Origin: Patescibacteria group bacterium
GTDB lineage: Bacteria > Patescibacteriota > Patescibacteriia > SG8-24
DNA length: 64,000 nucleotides
Assembly: GCA_028714475.1 (NCBI GenBank)
Contig: JAQTNC010000002.1
Location: forward strand, 14,609 to 78,608
Reading direction: 5' to 3'
Every line of letters starts with the position of its first letter. The first letter of the stretch is position 1. The notes under the pieces were generated by a model that was not told the origin of the DNA, made no database searches, and saw only the letters and a program-made list of their open reading frames with translations. Made by a program: the position numbers and the translations under genes. Below are positions 27,230 through 37,792 of the stretch, in pieces.

Positions 27230-28519
27230 ATGCCTGAACAACATCGCCGCCGCAAGACCATCTGGCGTCGGCTTCTGTCAGCCATCGGCCCCGGGTTCGT
27301 GACCGGCGCCGCGGACGATGACCCGTCCGGCATCGGCACCTACGTCCAAACCGGGACGCTTTTTGGTTATTCCCAGCTTTGGTTGGCGTTCTTCACGACG
27401 CCGTTCATGGTCACGATCCAGGAGATGTGCGCCCGCATCGGCATGGTGAAAGGGCGCGGCTTGGCCTGCGTCATTCGCGAGCGGTTCGGGCGGAAAACGG
27501 TCGTTTTCGCCGCGACTCTTCTTCTGGTCGCGAACTCCGTCAACATCGGCGCGGATCTCGGGGCCATGGCCTCGACCATGCAGCTGCTCTGGAACCTGCC
27601 GTTCGCCTTCTGGCTCATCCTGTTCACGGCCGTCATCCTGCTTGTGGAGATTTTCGTTCTTTATCGCACCTATGCCAAATACCTGAAATGGTTGACCTTG
27701 TCGCTGTTGGCGTATGTCGTCGTGGCCTTCACCGTCAAGCAGGATTGGGGAGAAATCGTCGTCTCGACGCTCATTCCGAACGTGACCTTGTCAAAAGAGT
27801 ACCTGTTTAACCTGGTGGCCCTGCTCGGCACGACCATTTCTCCCTATCTCTTTTTTTGGCAGGCCAGTGAAGAGGTTGAAGAAGAGATTGTTAGCAACAA
27901 GCTCACGGACATGAACGATGGGGAACCGGACGTCACGAAGGAAGACGTCAGGCAGATGCGATGGGACACGACGGCGGGCATGATCTTCTCGAACGTGATG
28001 ACTTTCTTCATCATCGTCTGCGCCGCCTCGACCTTGGGAAAGGCTGGCCTGACCAACATCGGCACGGCCTCCGAGGCCGCCGAGGCGTTGCGACCGCTTG
28101 CCGGGGATTTCACCTACTGGCTATTCGCCCTCGGGATCCTTGGCACCGGTTTACTTGCCGTTCCCGTTCTGGCCGGCTCGGCGTCATATGCCGTTGCCGA
28201 AACGCTTGGCTGGCGTTCCGGCCTCTATCGTCGGCTCAAGGATGCGCATGGCTTCTATGGCGTCATTACCGTGGCCACCTTGTTCGGCTTGCTCGTCAAT
28301 TTCATGGCCATCCCGCCGTTTCAGCTGCTGTACTACACGGCGATCCTGAACGGCATGCTGGCGGCACCGCTCATGGTCATCATCCTCCTCATCGCCAATG
28401 ATCCCGAGGTGATGGGCCCATACCGCAATCGCCGCTGGTCAAACGTCTTTGGCTGGATTATCACTGGCATCATGGGCTTCTGTTCGTTGGCGCTGTTGGG
28501 TCAACTGATTTTTGGATAA
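27230..28519 (+). CDS. mntH: NRAMP family divalent metal cation transporter
   Basis: GPGFVTGAADDDPSGIGTYVQTG signature. 11 TM. Confidence 0.85.
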   Translation: MPEQHRRRKTIWRRLLSAIGPGFVTGAADDDPSGIGTYVQTGTLFGYSQLWLAFFTTPFMVTIQEMCARIGMVKGRGLACVIRERFGRKTVVFAATLLLVANSVNIGADLGAMASTMQLLWNLPFAFWLILFTAVILLVEIFVLYRTYAKYLKWLTLSLLAYVVVAFTVKQDWGEIVVSTLIPNVTLSKEYLFNLVALLGTTISPYLFFWQASEEVEEEIVSNKLTDMNDGEPDVTKEDVRQMRWDTTAGMIFSNVMTFFIIVCAASTLGKAGLTNIGTASEAAEALRPLAGDFTYWLFALGILGTGLLAVPVLAGSASYAVAETLGWRSGLYRRLKDAHGFYGVITVATLFGLLVNFMAIPPFQLLYYTAILNGMLAAPLMVIILLIANDPEVMGPYRNRRWSNVFGWIITGIMGFCSLALLGQLIFG

Positions 28520-28527
28520 CTGGCGGG

Positions 28528-30276
28528 TCACGCCAGCTTCAGCCACGCCTGTTCGCGGGCGGCCACTTCCTCCTCCAGCTCGGTGAGCCGACGTTGCTTG
28601 TCCGGCGCGTACTCGGTCGGGTTCTCGAAAAACCAGGCGAGCAGCCGGCTTTTTTCTTTTTCCAGCGCCTGCAGTTCGGCTTCTATCTTTTCCCGAGTGC
28701 GGCGTCGGGTGCGGGCTTCCCGGGCGGCCTCCTGACGGGCCGTGGCTTCGGGGTGCCCGTCGTCCGTTCCTGGCAGTTGTTCGGTTTCCGCCGCCAAGGC
28801 GGTTAGTTCGGCGACATAATCCTCGTAGTTTCCCGGATAAAGTCTGACCGCCCCGTTCCTTACTTCGTAAACGCGGTCCGCGAGCTGGCTCATGAAGGAG
28901 CGCGCATGCGAGACGACGATGACCGTGCCGGCGTAATCCTTGAGCGCCTTGGCGAGCGTGGCAACCGTCTCCGCGTCGAGGTGGTTGGTCGGTTCGTCGA
29001 GGATGAGCACGTTGTGTTCGCGCAAGGTGAGTTGGGCGATGCGTAGGCGCGCACGTTCACCTCCGGACAAAACGGCGCACGTTTTTTCCAGGTCATCATC
29101 GTGAAACAGAAAGGCTCCGGCCGCGGCCAACAGCTTTTCCGGCGTCGCCTCGGGCGGCGCGGCGCGGGTCAGGGCTTCCAACACGGTCTCGTTCGGCGCG
29201 AGCGCCTCATTCGACAGCTGCGAAAAATAGCCGAGGTCGGCGCGGTGCCACCATTTGACTTCGCCCGAGAGCGGCGCCAGCAGGCCGGCCAGCGTCTTCA
29301 GCAGGGTCGTCTTGCCGCGTCCGTTCTCGCCGACGATGGCCGCCTTGCAGCCGCGCGGGACCTCAAGGTCGATGTCCTTGGCGACCACGGCTTGGCCGTA
29401 GCCGATGGTGAGGTTGAGGCAGCGCACCGCTGTTCCGGCAGGCACGGGCGGACAGGCGATACGGAAAGCCGCCGTTGCGGCGCCCGCTCCCGTTTCCAGC
29501 AGTTGCCGCCGCAGTTTGGCGACATGTTTGAGCTTGCTTTGGGCGCGGCTCGCGAGCGAGGCCTTGGCGCGGAAACGGTCGGCGAAAGCCTGGGCCTGGA
29601 CCATCTCGCGGCGCAAACGCTTGTTGGTACGCTGAACATATTCTTCCTGTTCGTTGCGCCACGCCTCGTAAGAGGCAGGGTCGCCGGCGTAGGTCGTTAG
29701 CCGGCCATTGGCAATCTCCCAAGTGGTGGTGCAGAGGTCCTGCAGAACCGAACGGTCGTGAGAAACGATGATGAAGGCGCCGTTAAAGTGCTTCAGGAAC
29801 GATTCCAGCATGAGCAGGGTCGTCAGGTCCAGGTAATTGACCGGCTCGTCGAGTAGCAACAGGTGGGGATCGGTGAGGAGCATCCGCACCAGCTTGACGC
29901 GCATCTGGTATCCGCCGGACAAGGCGGCGGGCGGACGACCCAACTCCTCGCCCTTGAGACCGAAGCGCGCCGCGAGCCGTTCGCATTCCCACTCGGCGCG
30001 GCCCGTCGTGGCCAAATAGGCGAGCGTGGAAACGTCAGCAGGCAGATTTTCATCTTGGGCGACGGTACCCAAACGCACGCCGGACATGAGCCTGACTACG
30101 CCGTCGTCGGCCTTCTCCTGGCCCGCCAACAGGCGCAAGAGGGTGGTCTTGCCGCTGCCGTTGCGGCCAATCAGGGCGATGCGCGACCGATCAGGTATCG
30201 CGAAAGAAAGTCCGTCCAGCACGGTTTGGCGGCCGTAGGTTTTATTCAGTTTTTCCGCGATGACAAGGGTGCGCAT
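28528..30276 (-). CDS. ABC-F family ATPase (two ABC domains, no TM)
   Basis: Two Walker A motifs (GRNGSGKTT, GENGRGKTT) and two signature motifs (LSGGYQMR, LSGGERAR). Charged linker and C-terminal arm. Confidence 0.85.
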   Translation of the reverse strand: MRTLVIAEKLNKTYGRQTVLDGLSFAIPDRSRIALIGRNGSGKTTLLRLLAGQEKADDGVVRLMSGVRLGTVAQDENLPADVSTLAYLATTGRAEWECERLAARFGLKGEELGRPPAALSGGYQMRVKLVRMLLTDPHLLLLDEPVNYLDLTTLLMLESFLKHFNGAFIIVSHDRSVLQDLCTTTWEIANGRLTTYAGDPASYEAWRNEQEEYVQRTNKRLRREMVQAQAFADRFRAKASLASRAQSKLKHVAKLRRQLLETGAGAATAAFRIACPPVPAGTAVRCLNLTIGYGQAVVAKDIDLEVPRGCKAAIVGENGRGKTTLLKTLAGLLAPLSGEVKWWHRADLGYFSQLSNEALAPNETVLEALTRAAPPEATPEKLLAAAGAFLFHDDDLEKTCAVLSGGERARLRIAQLTLREHNVLILDEPTNHLDAETVATLAKALKDYAGTVIVVSHARSFMSQLADRVYEVRNGAVRLYPGNYEDYVAELTALAAETEQLPGTDDGHPEATARQEAAREARTRRRTREKIEAELQALEKEKSRLLAWFFENPTEYAPDKQRRLTELEEEVAAREQAWLKLA

Positions 30277-30328
30277 GTGGGCAGGTTCGTTGAACGTCCG
30301 ACCGGCATAACCGTGGTATAATTAACAC

Positions 30329-30862
30329 ATGAAAGCATATCATATGAACAATCCGCCAGCCCGTCATGACCACAGCCAACGACGCGGCTTCACGCTCGTC
30401 GAGTTGCTCGTCGTCATCGGCATCATCGGAATCTTGGCGACCGTGGTTGCGGTCGCTGCCGGCGGTGCCCTTCAGAAGGGGCGTGATGCCAAGCGGAAAG
30501 CGGACTTGGCGCTGGTCGGACGTTTCCTGACCGGCGGCACGTGTTATGTGCCGGATGCCGGCCCGGGCGATTATGATTTCGGTCAAATCGTGAATGAGGT
30601 GCTAAATAAGAACCCGCAGTACCGAACGATGCTTTTGAAGGTGCCCCGCGACCCGCGGCTTGGCACGGCGGAAGATTCCCATTATCGGTATGCCGTTTCC
30701 GCGGCAGGCAAGTGCGCCGTTTACGCCAACTTGGAAAACGCCAAGGAGCCTGTCACCGTACCGGGGCTAACGGCGCCGACGCCCGGCGGCGGCACCGGCG
30801 TTCTTCAGGCGGCCGTCAAAGGCGAAAACAACACGGACCGGTTTTTTGAGGTGACAAATTAG
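30329..30862 (+). CDS. Prepilin-type N-terminal domain pseudopilin
   Basis: [19 protein letters not shown] class-III signal. Confidence 0.6.
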   Translation: MKAYHMNNPPARHDHSQRRGFTLVELLVVIGIIGILATVVAVAAGGALQKGRDAKRKADLALVGRFLTGGTCYVPDAGPGDYDFGQIVNEVLNKNPQYRTMLLKVPRDPRLGTAEDSHYRYAVSAAGKCAVYANLENAKEPVTVPGLTAPTPGGGTGVLQAAVKGENNTDRFFEVTN

Positions 30863-31005
30863 AGCCGAGCGAGTCAAAAACAGAATTATTTCGTCTTCAG
30901 ATGCGTATTACTGAACGAGCTAGGTATCGATAATTTTGTTTACTATTTATATCGCTAAAATTAGCCAATATTCCTCTGGCTTGAGCCCATCTCCGCGAAT
31001 GCCAT

Positions 31006-32808
31006 ATGAACCAGCCTCTCAAGACAATTCTCATTCGGATTATAATCGCGCTTATTGTCGTCGGCGGCGTGGCAGGTGGCTATCTGTATTACCGCCAGAA
31101 GCAGCAGCAAGCTGCGGTCGTCAAATACGTGCTCGGCCAGGTCGAAAAAGGGACCCTGGTCGTTTCGGTTTCCGGTAGCGGGCAGGTGGCCGCGTCTTCG
31201 CAGGTGGACTTGAAACCGAAGGTCTCCGGCGAAGTGCTGTCGGTGAAGGTCAAGGAAGGGGATGAGGTTAAGTCTGGTGCGGTCATCGCCACGATTGACG
31301 ACAGCGATGCCCGGAAGACGGTCCGTGACGCCCAGACTTCCTTGCAAAGCGCCGAGCTGTCACTCGAGAAGCTCCGCAAGGCCGCTGACCCGTCGTCGAT
31401 CACGCAGGCGGAAAACGCCCTGACGCAAGCCAACGAGAACAAGCAGAAGGCGCAGGACGATTTGGCCAAGGCTTATGACGACGGCTATACGGCCGTGGCT
31501 GACGCCTTCATCCAGTTGCCGAAGGTAGTGTCCGGCCTCGACGGCATTTTGCACAACAACGACATCGACCCATCGTCTGACAACATTGATTATTACACTG
31601 ATGGGGCTTATCGCTACGACACGGCGGCTCATGACTACCGCGATATAACCAACGCGGCCTATCTTAAGGCCAAGGCGTCCTTTGATGCCGCGTTTGAAAA
31701 ATACCAAGGCACCACCCGCGCTGCCGATACGGCGACGATCGAAGCCTTGGTCACCCAGACTTACGACGCGGCGCAGGACATCTCTGATGCGCTCAAGGCG
31801 GCTCATAACCTCATCACCTTTTATCAGGATACGCTGTCCGGACGGCTGTTGCGGGTTTCCCCTTATGCCACGACGCATCTCAACAGCCTGGAGTCGTACA
31901 CCAGCCAAGTCGACAGTCAACTGACGACATTGCTTAACCAGATGTCTTCCTTCCGAGACGCCAAAACGGCGATTACCGCGTCTGATCGCTCGATTCAGGA
32001 GAAGACCAATGCGCTGAACGACCTGAAGGCCGGCGCTGACCAGCTGGATATCCAGTCACAGGAACTGTCGGTTCAGCAAAAACGTTTCGCGCTTGCGGAC
32101 GCCCAAGCCAAGCTGGCTGATTACGTGGTGCGGGCGCCGTTTGACGGCGTGGTAGCGGTGTTGAGCGTCACGAAAGGGGACGATGTCTCGAGCGGCACGG
32201 CCATGGCAACCTTGCTGGCGCACGGCTCGATGGTTGAGGTCCCGTTCAACGAGGTGGACATCGCTGCCATTAAGGTCGGACAGAAAGCAACGTTGTCCCT
32301 TGATGCTTATCCTGATTTGGCTTTGACCGGCAGCGTCTCGGAAGTTGAAACCATCGGCACGGTGACGCAGGGCGTGGTCAACTACACGGTCAAGATTGCT
32401 ATCAACAGCGAGGAAGAAGGCGTCAAACCGGGCATGAGCGTGACGGCCGCCGTCATCACCGATGTCCAGTCCGACGTGTTGCTCGTGCCCAACGCCGCCA
32501 TCAAGACAAAAAATGGGGTTTCGACTGTCGCCTTCGTGTCGAGCATTTCAGCGGATGATTCACGCATCGGGGACACGCAGGGCGTGGAGTTGGCCGTACC
32601 GCCCATCTTCCAGGAGGTCACTATCGGGTCGGCTGACGACACCAACACGGTCATCAAGTCCGGGTTGTCGGAGGGTCAGGTCATCGTCGTCAGAACCATC
32701 AGTTCGGCCGCGACATCAAGTACGTCCTCCACGTCCAAAAGCAACGGAAACAGCGGTTTCGGCATCATGGGCGGTATAACAGGGGGAGGCGGGCCACCTA
32801 GTCGTTGA
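31006..32808 (+). CDS. Membrane-fusion (HlyD/MacA-like) periplasmic adaptor protein
   Basis: N-terminal TM anchor. Lipoyl-like hairpin KVSGEVLSVKVKEGDEVKSGAVIATID. Long coiled coil. Second lipoyl half and beta-barrel. Gly-rich tail. Confidence 0.7.
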   Translation: MNQPLKTILIRIIIALIVVGGVAGGYLYYRQKQQQAAVVKYVLGQVEKGTLVVSVSGSGQVAASSQVDLKPKVSGEVLSVKVKEGDEVKSGAVIATIDDSDARKTVRDAQTSLQSAELSLEKLRKAADPSSITQAENALTQANENKQKAQDDLAKAYDDGYTAVADAFIQLPKVVSGLDGILHNNDIDPSSDNIDYYTDGAYRYDTAAHDYRDITNAAYLKAKASFDAAFEKYQGTTRAADTATIEALVTQTYDAAQDISDALKAAHNLITFYQDTLSGRLLRVSPYATTHLNSLESYTSQVDSQLTTLLNQMSSFRDAKTAITASDRSIQEKTNALNDLKAGADQLDIQSQELSVQQKRFALADAQAKLADYVVRAPFDGVVAVLSVTKGDDVSSGTAMATLLAHGSMVEVPFNEVDIAAIKVGQKATLSLDAYPDLALTGSVSEVETIGTVTQGVVNYTVKIAINSEEEGVKPGMSVTAAVITDVQSDVLLVPNAAIKTKNGVSTVAFVSSISADDSRIGDTQGVELAVPPIFQEVTIGSADDTNTVIKSGLSEGQVIVVRTISSAATSSTSSTSKSNGNSGFGIMGGITGGGGPPSR

Positions 32809-32811
32809 CGT

Positions 32812-33528
32812 ATGTTGGAAACCAATAACGTAACGAAAATCTATAAAACAGGCGGCGAGGAAACATTCGCCCTCAAGGACGTCACCTTCACGGTTAAGGA
32901 CGGGGAATTCGTGGCCATCATGGGCTTCTCTGGTTCGGGAAAATCCACGCTCATGCACATCTTGGGCTGTCTCGACCGTCCGACTTCGGGAACGTATAAG
33001 CTCGACGGCACCGATGTGTCGGAATTGTCCGATGACGATTTAGCGGCCATCCGTCGCGACCGCATCGGCTTCGTCTTCCAAAGCTACAATCTCTTGCCGC
33101 GCGCCTCGGTCATGCGCAATGTCACCCTGCCACTCATCTATTCACGGCGTCCGCGCGCCGATCGTGAACAGCGAGCCGCCGATGCCTTGCGCGCCGTCGG
33201 CCTGCCGGAAGACCGCTGGAACCACCGGTCTAATCAACTGTCGGGCGGACAGATGCAGCGCGTCGCCATCGCCCGGGCGCTGGTTAACGACCCGTCGCTG
33301 ATCCTGGCCGACGAACCGACCGGAAACCTCGATACGCAGACCGGCGAAATCGTGCTGGATACTTTCCAGAGGTTGAATCGCGCCCGCGGTCGCACCGTCA
33401 TGCTGATCACCCATGAGCGGGACGTGGCCGAACACGCTGACCGCATCATCACCCTTCGTGACGGAAAAATCATCGGTGACAAGGCTAACCCCAACCCCCG
33501 TCACGCCGACCAATATGATGTTCAATGA
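32812..33528 (+). CDS. MacB/LolD-type ABC transporter ATP-binding protein
   Basis: GFSGSGKST Walker A. LSGGQMQRVAIARAL. FVFQSYNLLP block. Confidence 0.85.
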   Translation: MLETNNVTKIYKTGGEETFALKDVTFTVKDGEFVAIMGFSGSGKSTLMHILGCLDRPTSGTYKLDGTDVSELSDDDLAAIRRDRIGFVFQSYNLLPRASVMRNVTLPLIYSRRPRADREQRAADALRAVGLPEDRWNHRSNQLSGGQMQRVAIARALVNDPSLILADEPTGNLDTQTGEIVLDTFQRLNRARGRTVMLITHERDVAEHADRIITLRDGKIIGDKANPNPRHADQYDVQ

Positions 33529-34738
33529 CCTGATGCATGAGACCTACGCGGCTCTCACCGTAAACCTGGTGCGTTCCGGCCTGACGGTGCTCGGCATCGT
33601 CATCGGCATCGGTTCGGTCATAGCGATGTTGGCGATCGGGCAGGGAGCCAGGGGTTCCATCGAGTCGTCCATCCAGTCAATCGGTTCCAACCTGCTCATC
33701 GTCATGCCGGGCTTCCAGCGCGGCGTCGGCCAGCAGGTGAGTTCCGGCCGCGGCAGCGCCCAGACGCTGACGATGGAGGACGCTGAAGCCATCAGCCAAC
33801 AGGTGACCGGGGTGTTGGCCGTCGCACCCGATTTGTCGCGTCGCTACCAGCTTACGGCCAGCGGCACGAACACGAACGTGTCGGTCATAGGCACCGTTCC
33901 GGCATATCTGGATGTTCGCAATCTGCAGGTGGACACGGGGTCGTTTATTACCGAGTCGCAAAACGATTCCGCCGCTAAAGTCGTGGTTCTCGGGCCAACG
34001 ACCCGCGATGACCTGTTTGGCGAAGGCGAGGATACGGTCGGCAAGTCCGTCCGCGTCAACCGCATCGAGTTCAAGGTGATCGGCGTCACCGTGTCGAAAG
34101 GCGGATCGGGCATGACTAACCAAGACGATCAGGTTTACGTGCCCATCGCGACAGCCCAGCGCTACTTGGCGGGGCAGAAATACGTTTCAACCATCAGCGT
34201 TCAGGCGGAAACCGCCGAGGTGATGACGGATGTCCAGGAGCAAATCACCAACCTGCTGCTCGATCGGCATAATATTTCCGACGCGACGCAGGCTGACTTC
34301 AACGTCATGAACCAGACGGACATCGTCGCCGCTGCCTCGTCCGTTACCGAAACCTTCACGATGCTGCTGGCCGCCATCGCCAGCATCTCGCTCATCGTCG
34401 GCGGCATCGGCATCATGAACATGATGCTGACGACGGTCACAGAGAGGACGCGGGAAATCGGCCTGCGCAAGGCCATAGGCGCCCGCCGTCGCGACATCAG
34501 CGCGCAGTTCCTAGTGGAAACGCTGATGCTGACCTTTCTGGGCGGATTCATCGGCATTCTGGCCGGTTGGGCCGGCGCGGTGATCATCGGCAAGCTGGCC
34601 AGCACCGCAACCTCCGTCACGAGCCAGTCCGTGTTGCTGGCGTTCGGCGTCTCTGCCGTGATCGGCATCGTCTTTGGCTATTACCCGGCTCGACGAGCGT
34701 CCCGCCTCGATCCGATCACGGCCCTTCGTTATGAATAA
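33515..34738 (+). CDS. ABC transporter permease, FtsX/MacB family
   Basis: Overlaps the ATPase stop by 14 nt. N-terminal TM, large periplasmic domain, C-terminal 3 TM with FtsX-like motifs. Confidence 0.8.
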   Translation: MMFNDLMHETYAALTVNLVRSGLTVLGIVIGIGSVIAMLAIGQGARGSIESSIQSIGSNLLIVMPGFQRGVGQQVSSGRGSAQTLTMEDAEAISQQVTGVLAVAPDLSRRYQLTASGTNTNVSVIGTVPAYLDVRNLQVDTGSFITESQNDSAAKVVVLGPTTRDDLFGEGEDTVGKSVRVNRIEFKVIGVTVSKGGSGMTNQDDQVYVPIATAQRYLAGQKYVSTISVQAETAEVMTDVQEQITNLLLDRHNISDATQADFNVMNQTDIVAAASSVTETFTMLLAAIASISLIVGGIGIMNMMLTTVTERTREIGLRKAIGARRRDISAQFLVETLMLTFLGGFIGILAGWAGAVIIGKLASTATSVTSQSVLLAFGVSAVIGIVFGYYPARRASRLDPITALRYE

Positions 34739-34777
34739 CTCCCTTCATAATTAACGCGAGCATTTATTGGCCAATCT

Positions 34778-35272
34778 ATGTCAAAAGCCATGACCAAACA
34801 GATAGTCATCATCGCCGCGGTCGCGGTCGTCGCCTTTGGCGCCGGCATCGGGGCCGATCGGCTCATGAAAGGAAACCAGCCTAACCCACGCCTTGCCAGC
34901 GGACAATTCGGAGCGCAAGGCCAACGCGATGGCAACGGCGGCACGAGCATGCGCCAGCGCTTCGGTAACGGCGGCATGATTGCCGGGGAAATCACGGCCA
35001 ACGACGGTCAATCGCTCACCGTCAAGACCCGCGACGGAGGCAGCCGCATCGTCATTCTCCCGACCACCGTCAAGGTCGGTAAGTCAGTTGATGCCACCTT
35101 GGAAGACCTGACCGTCGGCGCCGCCGTCACCGTCGTCGGTTCCTCGAACCAGGACGGCAGCGTGACCGCGGAAAACGTCCAAATCGGCACGGGGTTCCAG
35201 TTACGCGGACCAGCGGGGCAGCCACCGAGTACCGCGCCAAGCGACGAACAGCCAACGCCGCCGGTTCGATAA
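34778..35272 (+). CDS. Exported protein, unknown function
   Basis: 164 aa. Signal/anchor helix. Confidence 0.5.
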   Translation: MSKAMTKQIVIIAAVAVVAFGAGIGADRLMKGNQPNPRLASGQFGAQGQRDGNGGTSMRQRFGNGGMIAGEITANDGQSLTVKTRDGGSRIVILPTTVKVGKSVDATLEDLTVGAAVTVVGSSNQDGSVTAENVQIGTGFQLRGPAGQPPSTAPSDEQPTPPVR

Positions 35273-35404
35273 TTGTTTCTGCCAAAAAGCCGGTCGACGC
35301 AAATCGACCGGCTTTTGAGTAGTCCGAGCCAATTCGCTTGTGTCTGCCCGACAAGCGGCGTAATATGCGGTCATCGAGTAACATAAGGGTGTCATGAGTC
35401 CAGT

Positions 35405-35971
35405 ATGGGATCAAAGGAAACGCGAAAGAAAAAACCTTCCAAGCGCGCGACCCACAATCAGCCGACGGCGGTCATTAGGCTCAAGACCGACGAGTACCGG
35501 CGGCTTTTGGAGATGGTGTTTTGCGGCAACTGGCTCATCAATTCGTGGCGCGATGATGGCGAGACGCTGGCAGAATACGACGAACTGGAGGATCGCTTGC
35601 TTTCATACGCAGCCGAAGCCGGCTTGCCCGAAGCGGCCGAGTTGGACAAGCAGAGCGGCCAACGCCTGTTTTCGCGCGCTTTCGAGAAGGCCGTCCACGA
35701 TCGGTTCATTCCGGATTTCGAGAACGAGGTTTTTTGGGGCGAGCTGTCCCAGCGGCTGGCTTGGCGGGATCTCGAAAGGTTGTTCGGCGCCGACGGCCTG
35801 ACCCGCATGGGTTCGCGGGAGCGCGAGTCCGCCATCGAGCGTTTCGAGGACCGATACTGGCAGGAATTCGACACTCACGGCCTCGACCACCTCATCGTGA
35901 CGGCGGTGGACGAGCCGCAGGGCACCTCCATGAAACGTGCGTGGCCAAAGGGAAAAGAAGCGGAAGCATGA
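35405..35971 (+). CDS. Hypothetical cytoplasmic protein
   Basis: 188 aa. No recognisable motifs. Confidence 0.45.
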   Translation: MGSKETRKKKPSKRATHNQPTAVIRLKTDEYRRLLEMVFCGNWLINSWRDDGETLAEYDELEDRLLSYAAEAGLPEAAELDKQSGQRLFSRAFEKAVHDRFIPDFENEVFWGELSQRLAWRDLERLFGADGLTRMGSRERESAIERFEDRYWQEFDTHGLDHLIVTAVDEPQGTSMKRAWPKGKEAEA

Positions 35972-36091
35972 CAAGATTCGGAAGCGGGCCGAAAGGCCCG
36001 TTTTTTCGTCTGGCGGCGGACAGCTGACCTGACCAGCCGCATTTCTCGCTACATGGTATAATTCAACAACTAGACTTTAAGCGCATAAAAT

Positions 36092-37780
36092 ATGTCCGAC
36101 CTCGTCGAGGAGCTGAAAACCTTTCAGCAGATGCGTTCCACCCCGCAGTACGAACGTCTGCGCGCCAGGCCGGTGGCGTATTTCTGCGCCGAATATGCCT
36201 TCGAGGAAGAACAGCGGCGTTATGCCGGCGGGCTCGGCGTCTTGGCCGGGGATTTCGTGCGCGAAGCGGCCGACCGAGGCTTCCCGCTGGTCGCCGTCGG
36301 TCTCTATTACCGCGAGGGTTACGTTTGCGCGGCCAAGGAGGTGGCCGGACGCAGTGTTGAGATCTGCAGCGTCACACCGCCGTCGCAAGCCGGCTTCGAG
36401 CCGGTTCGTGACGCCGAAGGCAAGCGCCTGCATGTCAGTGTGCCGATTCATGACCGCGTGATCAAGGTGCGCGTATGGCAGAGGCGGCAGGGGAGCGTAA
36501 CCGTGTACATGCTCGACACCAACTGCGAGGAGAACACCCCTCACGACCGTGGCATCACGGATCGCCTTTACGACGACGACAAGGAAACGCGCTTCAAGCA
36601 GGAAATCGTCCTCGGCATCGGCGGGTTGCGGGCGCTCGAGGCACTGGGCATCCATCCGTCGCTTTATCACCTGAACGAGGGCCACTCGGCGCTTTTGGCG
36701 CTCGAGCTCATCTGGCACGAGATGCGCGAACGAAACCTCGGCTTTGACGAAGCCAAACAGTTCGCCCGCCGGCGCATCGTCCTCACCAACCATACCCTGC
36801 TGCCGGCCGGCAATGAGGTTTACGGGCAGGACCTGGCCGCCATGCTCCTCCAGCGATTCGCGCTGGAACTCGGCGTACCCACCCAAAAGCTCATCATGCT
36901 GGGCCTGGTCGAACAATCGCATGAGTTCTCCATGTCCATGTTGGCCTTCCGCCTGGCCACCGTCATCAATGCCGTCAGCCGCCTACATGCCCTGAAAGCC
37001 AAGGACATCTGGCCGGAGTACCCGATGGTGGCCGTGACCAACGGCGTCCATGTCCCGACCTGGGATCGCCTGGGCCAGGTCACCGCGCCAGCGGAGCTGT
37101 GGCAGAAACACCAAGCGTGCAAGACGGAACTGCTCGACCATATCGCCAAGACAACCAACCGCAAGTGGGGCCAGGGTGAGTTGCTGGTCGGATGGGCGAG
37201 ACGCATCGTGCGTTATAAACGGCCCATGGCGATAATCGAGGATGTCACCCGTTTTTCCGCGCTGGCTCGCCGCGCGGATCAGCCAATCCGCTTGGTGCTC
37301 TCCGGCCTCCCGCATCCCGGTGACGGCGACGGCAAGTGGCTCTTGGGCGAGATCAAACGACTAGTTGACGGCGAGCTTGCCGATGTTGCTTGTTACCTGC
37401 CGGATTATGATTTGAAGCTGGCGCGATTGCTCGTGTCCGGCTGTGACGTATGGCTGAATACGCCGATGGTCGGCTTTGAGGCCTGCGGCACGAGCGGCAT
37501 GAAGGCAGCCTTGAACGGCGTCTTGCCCATGAGCACCAAGGACGGCTGGGTGGACGAGGCGGAACTGAACGGCATCGGCTGGAACCTCAACAACGATCAT
37601 GTCGGCGCCGACACCCTGGATCGATTAGAGAAGGACATTACACCCCTTTACTACTCCCGCAATGCCGCCGGTCAGCCGGAGCTTTGGGCGGAACAGATGC
37701 GGCGCTGCCGCGAGATGATCATGAACCAGTTCACGGCGACGCGCATGTTGCGCGAATATGCCGAGACCTTATACCTTTGA
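36092..37780 (+). CDS. glgP: Alpha-glucan (glycogen/maltodextrin) phosphorylase, short GT35 form
   Basis: PLP-site ACGTSGMKAALNGV. 562 aa. Confidence 0.85.
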   Translation: MSDLVEELKTFQQMRSTPQYERLRARPVAYFCAEYAFEEEQRRYAGGLGVLAGDFVREAADRGFPLVAVGLYYREGYVCAAKEVAGRSVEICSVTPPSQAGFEPVRDAEGKRLHVSVPIHDRVIKVRVWQRRQGSVTVYMLDTNCEENTPHDRGITDRLYDDDKETRFKQEIVLGIGGLRALEALGIHPSLYHLNEGHSALLALELIWHEMRERNLGFDEAKQFARRRIVLTNHTLLPAGNEVYGQDLAAMLLQRFALELGVPTQKLIMLGLVEQSHEFSMSMLAFRLATVINAVSRLHALKAKDIWPEYPMVAVTNGVHVPTWDRLGQVTAPAELWQKHQACKTELLDHIAKTTNRKWGQGELLVGWARRIVRYKRPMAIIEDVTRFSALARRADQPIRLVLSGLPHPGDGDGKWLLGEIKRLVDGELADVACYLPDYDLKLARLLVSGCDVWLNTPMVGFEACGTSGMKAALNGVLPMSTKDGWVDEAELNGIGWNLNNDHVGADTLDRLEKDITPLYYSRNAAGQPELWAEQMRRCREMIMNQFTATRMLREYAETLYL

Positions 37781-37792
37781 CGCGCAAACCTT